Source of the DNA: Coprobacillaceae bacterium
GTDB taxonomy: Bacteria; Bacillota_I; Bacilli_A; Erysipelotrichales; Coprobacillaceae
Reading direction: 5' to 3'
NCBI GenBank assembly: GCA_963675515.1
Contig: OY776328.1
Location: 630,001-662,000 of the forward strand
Length of the DNA stretch: 32,000 bases
Shown here: positions 28,321 to 32,000 of the stretch, in pieces
Numbering within the stretch: position 1 is the stretch's first letter
Layout of the letters: each line of letters begins with the position of its first letter
Made by a program: the position numbers and the translations under genes
The notes under the pieces: generated by a model
The model's input: the letters and a program-made list of their open reading frames with translations, nothing else
Told to the model about the DNA's origin: nothing
Databases searched by the model: none

Positions 28321-29625
28321 ATGGATCGGTTAATGGATAAAATTGGAGAAGCCATTGCTCCAATTGCTCAAAAAATGATGGCAAACAGGTATCTGAGTTC
28401 CATAAAGGAAGGATTCTTTGGGGCTACCCCTGTCTTGATTGCAGGATCGATATTCCTGCTTTTCACCAGCTTGCCTTTTACGGGGTATTCTGATTTCATG
28501 AGCGGTATATTCGGGGAAAAATGGATGGATTTCTTCTATTTTCCATATCAGGTTAGTTTCAAACTGATGTCGGTATTCGTTATCGTTGGGATGGCAAAAT
28601 CACTGGCCAAATACTATAAAGTCGACAGCAAGTTGGCGATAGTTTTATCTTTTGTCGGGATATTCATGCTTACACCCGTTATTCTCACTGCTGACAATGT
28701 CAAAGGTCTGCCTTTGAACAATTTTGCTGCCCAGGGACTTTTTGTCTGCATGATTTCGACAGCTATTGCAGTTGAAATATACCGGTTTTGTGTCCAAAAA
28801 AACATCACTATCAAAATGCCTGACTCGGTTCCCCAAAACGTATCGAGCGCGTTTGCGGCGGTTATTCCGGCCTTTGCAATCATATTGTTGTTCAATGTCA
28901 TCCGTATCTTCTTTGGCTCTACCGGGTTTGGCGATGCACAGACATTTATCTTTACCATTTTACAACAACCGCTTCAATCATTGGGTGGCACTCTGCCGGC
29001 TACGGTTTTCGTTTTATTTGTTGAGGCAATCATCTGGTGCTTTGGCTTGCACGGTTCAAGTATTGTATCTTCGGTGATGAACCCGATCTGGTTCTCATTG
29101 TCGGCGGAAAATCTTGCTGCTTTCGAAGCTGGGATTGCGATGCCGCACATTGTCAACTACCAGTTTATCTCTTTTTTCGTCAAACTAGGTGGGGTCGGAG
29201 CAACCTTAAGCTTGACTCTGTTATGCCTTTTCAAATCGAAATCAGATCAATACAAGGCCCTGGGAAAACTCGGTATCGGGGCATCACTGTTCAATATTAA
29301 TGAACCGATTATCTTTGGCTTTCCGATTGTGTTGAATCCGATGATGATGATTCCATTTATTCTTGCGAACATCACTGTCGGGATAATCACCTATTCGGCA
29401 ATATTCTTCGGTCTGGTTCCTTACATAAACGGAGTCAACCTGCCATATACATTGCCGGCAATCATCTCAGGATTCATGCTCTGCGGATGGAGAGGGGCCC
29501 TTTTGCAGGCGGCTTTGCTTGTAATAACCGGATCGATCTACTATCCGTTCTTCAAAGTTCAGGACAAGAAAACTTACGAAGAAGAACAATTGAAAAAGCA
29601 ATCTTTAATCACGGAAGTTGAGTAG
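28321..29625 (+). CDS. PTS EIIC component, lactose/cellobiose family
   Basis: 434-aa polytopic protein. N-terminal ...IAPIAQKMMANRYLSSIKEGF and ...INEPIIFGFPIVLNP are typical of CelB/LicC-type EIIC. GGGAGG RBS. Confidence 0.88.
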   Translation: MDRLMDKIGEAIAPIAQKMMANRYLSSIKEGFFGATPVLIAGSIFLLFTSLPFTGYSDFMSGIFGEKWMDFFYFPYQVSFKLMSVFVIVGMAKSLAKYYKVDSKLAIVLSFVGIFMLTPVILTADNVKGLPLNNFAAQGLFVCMISTAIAVEIYRFCVQKNITIKMPDSVPQNVSSAFAAVIPAFAIILLFNVIRIFFGSTGFGDAQTFIFTILQQPLQSLGGTLPATVFVLFVEAIIWCFGLHGSSIVSSVMNPIWFSLSAENLAAFEAGIAMPHIVNYQFISFFVKLGGVGATLSLTLLCLFKSKSDQYKALGKLGIGASLFNINEPIIFGFPIVLNPMMMIPFILANITVGIITYSAIFFGLVPYINGVNLPYTLPAIISGFMLCGWRGALLQAALLVITGSIYYPFFKVQDKKTYEEEQLKKQSLITEVE

Positions 29626-29634
29626 CGGTGCATT

Positions 29635-30558
29635 ATGGATTTGATGGTCATAGTAAACCAATTGGTCCAGTTGTTCGTGATAATCGGGTTGGGATTTGGC
29701 ATTGGAAAAACGAGCCTGTTTTCGGATGGGTTTGGCAAAAACCTGACCGGGTTTGTTCTCAATATAACAATGCCAGCCATGATCATTGCTTCTGTCATAG
29801 ATTCAAAAGGTGATTTACAATTGGAGATTTTCGATATCCTATTTGCCACCTTAATTCTTGTGGTTGTTTTGCCAATATTTGCATATTTTTGTTCCAAAGC
29901 AATCCCGGAAAGAGAGAATAGAAGTCTCTATATGTTTATGATCATGTATCCGAATGTCGGGTTCATGGGATTTCCTTTGATGATGGCGATATTCGGGAAC
30001 GAATCGGTATTGAGCACTGCCATCATCAACATGGGGTTCAATATGTCGTTGTTTTCGATCGGTAAGATGGTTATGCAGGGGAGAAACAATTGCAAAAACG
30101 GATTGACATTTGATCTTAGAAGTTTGCTGTCTCCTGGAATAATCGCTTCGGTGTTGGCAATAACAATTTATGCTTTGAACATTCAAATAGGCGAGACTAT
30201 TGCCAAACCCATTGCGTCAGTTGGTTCCATGACCACACCGTTGGCTATGATCATTATCGGGTTAACTCTGTCACAATACAGCTGGAAAAGCATATTCTCT
30301 GATTTTAGAGTATACCGGTTTACCATATTAGGCAATGTCATCGTACCGGTCATATTTTACCCTGTGCTAAACTATTTTATTAAGGATCCGATGATTTTGG
30401 GGATATCTTTGATAATCTTGGCAATGCCAGTTGCGAATAATGCGGCCCTGTTTGCGAAGAATTACGGAGCAGATGAGTTTCTTGCAGCCAAAACAGTTTT
30501 CATAACTACCATTTTATCGATTATCACGATTCCTATCGTGATATACTTGTTTTTATAA
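29635..30558 (+). CDS. AEC (auxin efflux carrier/malate permease-like) family transporter
   Basis: 307 aa, about 10 TM segments, with an AEC-like N-terminus (QLFVIIGLGFGIGK) and C-terminal half (...AMPVANNAALFAKNYG). Confidence 0.78.
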   Translation: MDLMVIVNQLVQLFVIIGLGFGIGKTSLFSDGFGKNLTGFVLNITMPAMIIASVIDSKGDLQLEIFDILFATLILVVVLPIFAYFCSKAIPERENRSLYMFMIMYPNVGFMGFPLMMAIFGNESVLSTAIINMGFNMSLFSIGKMVMQGRNNCKNGLTFDLRSLLSPGIIASVLAITIYALNIQIGETIAKPIASVGSMTTPLAMIIIGLTLSQYSWKSIFSDFRVYRFTILGNVIVPVIFYPVLNYFIKDPMILGISLIILAMPVANNAALFAKNYGADEFLAAKTVFITTILSIITIPIVIYLFL

Positions 30559-30718
30559 CTCCAGATAATGGTGATGGATGATTATTCAATAATAATATTT
30601 TAAAAATAACCTGTAGTGTTGCTGGATTGGCAAAATGTCATAGTCTATATTGGTGTGAGGTTTGAATTGCCTTAGCTGAGTTCGGGTTACCAATTAAATT
30701 TAATTTAAAGTATGGTAG

Positions 30719-30752
30719 AAGAGTTTGTGGAGAAAATCTATGAACTCTTTTT
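30719..30752 (+). terminator. Possible terminator downstream of the AEC gene
   Basis: AAGAGTT (30719-30725) pairs with AACTCTT (30743-30749), followed by TTT. The stem is short and the loop is 17 nt. Confidence 0.3.
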
Positions 30753-31080
30753 ACATTGTGAATGTGCTGCCTGCAATATTAAATGCTTCTGGTTGGTTTA
30801 TATGTCTCCCCCCAAAAACAAAATATGTTAATGTCTCATGCGGTTTTTCTAATAATAACTTCTAGGTTTGAGATATACATCCCTGAATCTTATGGCAAAT
30901 TGAGACAAATATTCCGTGGGGATTCAAGAATTTTGAGACGACACCGATACATCTATTCCGGTTGCTTAAAATGGCTTCAAATTCCATGAAAGTACTGTTA
31001 TTATAAGCATGTCGGAGAGCTTTAAATGACAAAACCAAAATCATCCGGCAATCAAAATCGAATCGGAAAGGGCAATGATT

Positions 31081-31389
31081 ATGAGAATTTTATTAGCGTG
31101 TGCGGCAGGAATGTCGACCAGTTTGTTGGTTACAAGAATGGACAAAACAGCAGTTGCCAGAGGGATGGATGTTGAAATAGAAGCAATGCCAGTGGCCAAA
31201 GCATCAGACATCCTGACAGAATGGGACATAGTATTGTTAGGTCCGCAAGTAAGGTTTCAGCTAAAGTCATTTGAAGAAAAAGTGGCAGGGAAAATTCCGG
31301 TTACAGTCATCAATATGAGAGACTACGGGACGATGAATGCGGATGCGATTTTGGATGCCGCAATCAAAACGCTTGAGGAATTCAGATAA
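31081..31389 (+). CDS. PTS EIIB component, lactose/cellobiose family
   Basis: MRILLACAAGMSTSLLVTRM with the active-site Cys. About 102 aa. An alternative ATG lies at 31075. Confidence 0.88.
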   Translation: MRILLACAAGMSTSLLVTRMDKTAVARGMDVEIEAMPVAKASDILTEWDIVLLGPQVRFQLKSFEEKVAGKIPVTVINMRDYGTMNADAILDAAIKTLEEFR

Positions 31390-31780
31390 ACTATTAGCTA
31401 TCCAATAATTTACTCAGTAAAATCATAATTGATCTATCTATCCTATAAAAGTGCAAAATACGGATAAAGATTTATCCGGATATTGTTGGAAATAATCGGT
31501 TGCATTGTGGAATTTGTTTATTGTATACATGAAAACTCTTGTTTAACAATCGCCAATGAAGCCTAGTTAAACGAACTCCCAATTTGTTTATTCCCTCCAT
31601 ATGTGCACAACTTTTATTTTCCGTATCTTCCTTTGCGTTCCGGGACTATGATGGCTGGGTTATGATTTTAGTGGCTAAATTATTTCTTTGATTTACCACG
31701 AAACTTAAAAAATTTAAACTATGATATGGCTATTTTATAAATGCCTATATTTATGTGACAACTAATATACAGGAGATTAT

Positions 31781-32000
31781 ATGAGCAAAGTACTATTTTT
31801 CGATATTGATGGAACGCTGATAAGCAACCATGAAGGTTACAGCGAGATTGACAGTAAGGTTTTGGAGAAGTTCGAAGAAATGAAGAATGACGGACATCAT
31901 CTTTTCATAGCTACCGGCCGACCTTTCGCTTTTGTCAATGAGTATATCGCTTCAGTTGGATTCGATGGTTACGTCATGGCGAACGGTTCGCATGTCATGA
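31781..32000 (+). CDS. Cof-type HAD phosphatase, 3' end outside window
   Basis: CAGGAG RBS. MSKVLFFDIDGTLISNHEG...FIATGRPFAF. The ORF is open to the window edge. Confidence 0.8.
   Translation, partial: MSKVLFFDIDGTLISNHEGYSEIDSKVLEKFEEMKNDGHHLFIATGRPFAFVNEYIASVGFDGYVMANGSHVM

Noticed and set aside
30862-31229. Two 60-62-aa minus-strand ORFs near or over the cellobiose EIIB gene
   Set aside because: One overlaps the EIIB gene in antisense. The other lies in AT-rich intergenic DNA without an RBS. Neither shows a recognisable motif.

Overview
Low-GC Firmicute-type (Lactobacillales-like) chromosomal accessory region, mostly transcribed on the + strand. The left third holds HAD phosphatases, a cold-shock protein, a tautomerase, a decayed stretch of gene fragments, and a flavodoxin/ferredoxin, aldo-keto reductase and NTF2-like operon. 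A lipoprotein esterase gene is split by a complete recombinase-in-trio (RIT) element: three overlapping tyrosine recombinase genes between perfect 89-bp terminal inverted repeats, with a 12-6-12 palindrome abutting the right end. A MerR-family regulator follows. Its 19-bp-spacer operator/promoter occurs twice in the window, at 3962 and 13385. The copy next to merR is separated from a second aldo-keto reductase/flavodoxin pair by two insertion sequences. One is an IS110-family element with long non-coding flanks carrying guide-like repeats (a bridge/seek-RNA candidate). The other is an IS256-family element with 26-bp inverted repeats, an 8-bp target duplication and an in-frame stop in its transposase. 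The right half is carbohydrate metabolism. It has a PRD-domain activator with a galactitol-type PTS (EIIA/B/C), an Rpe-like epimerase, an SDR and a 6-phospho-3-hexuloisomerase, a combination with no assigned substrate. Then come a nonsense-mutated Cof phosphatase, an RpiR regulator, a GH1 6-phospho-beta-glucosidase whose RBS sits in a strong hairpin, an RDD protein, cellobiose-type EIIC and EIIB, an AEC transporter and a partial HAD gene. No rRNA, tRNA or CRISPR array was seen. Gene decay is conspicuous: one frameshift, two in-frame TAG codons, one insertion-split gene and several fragments.
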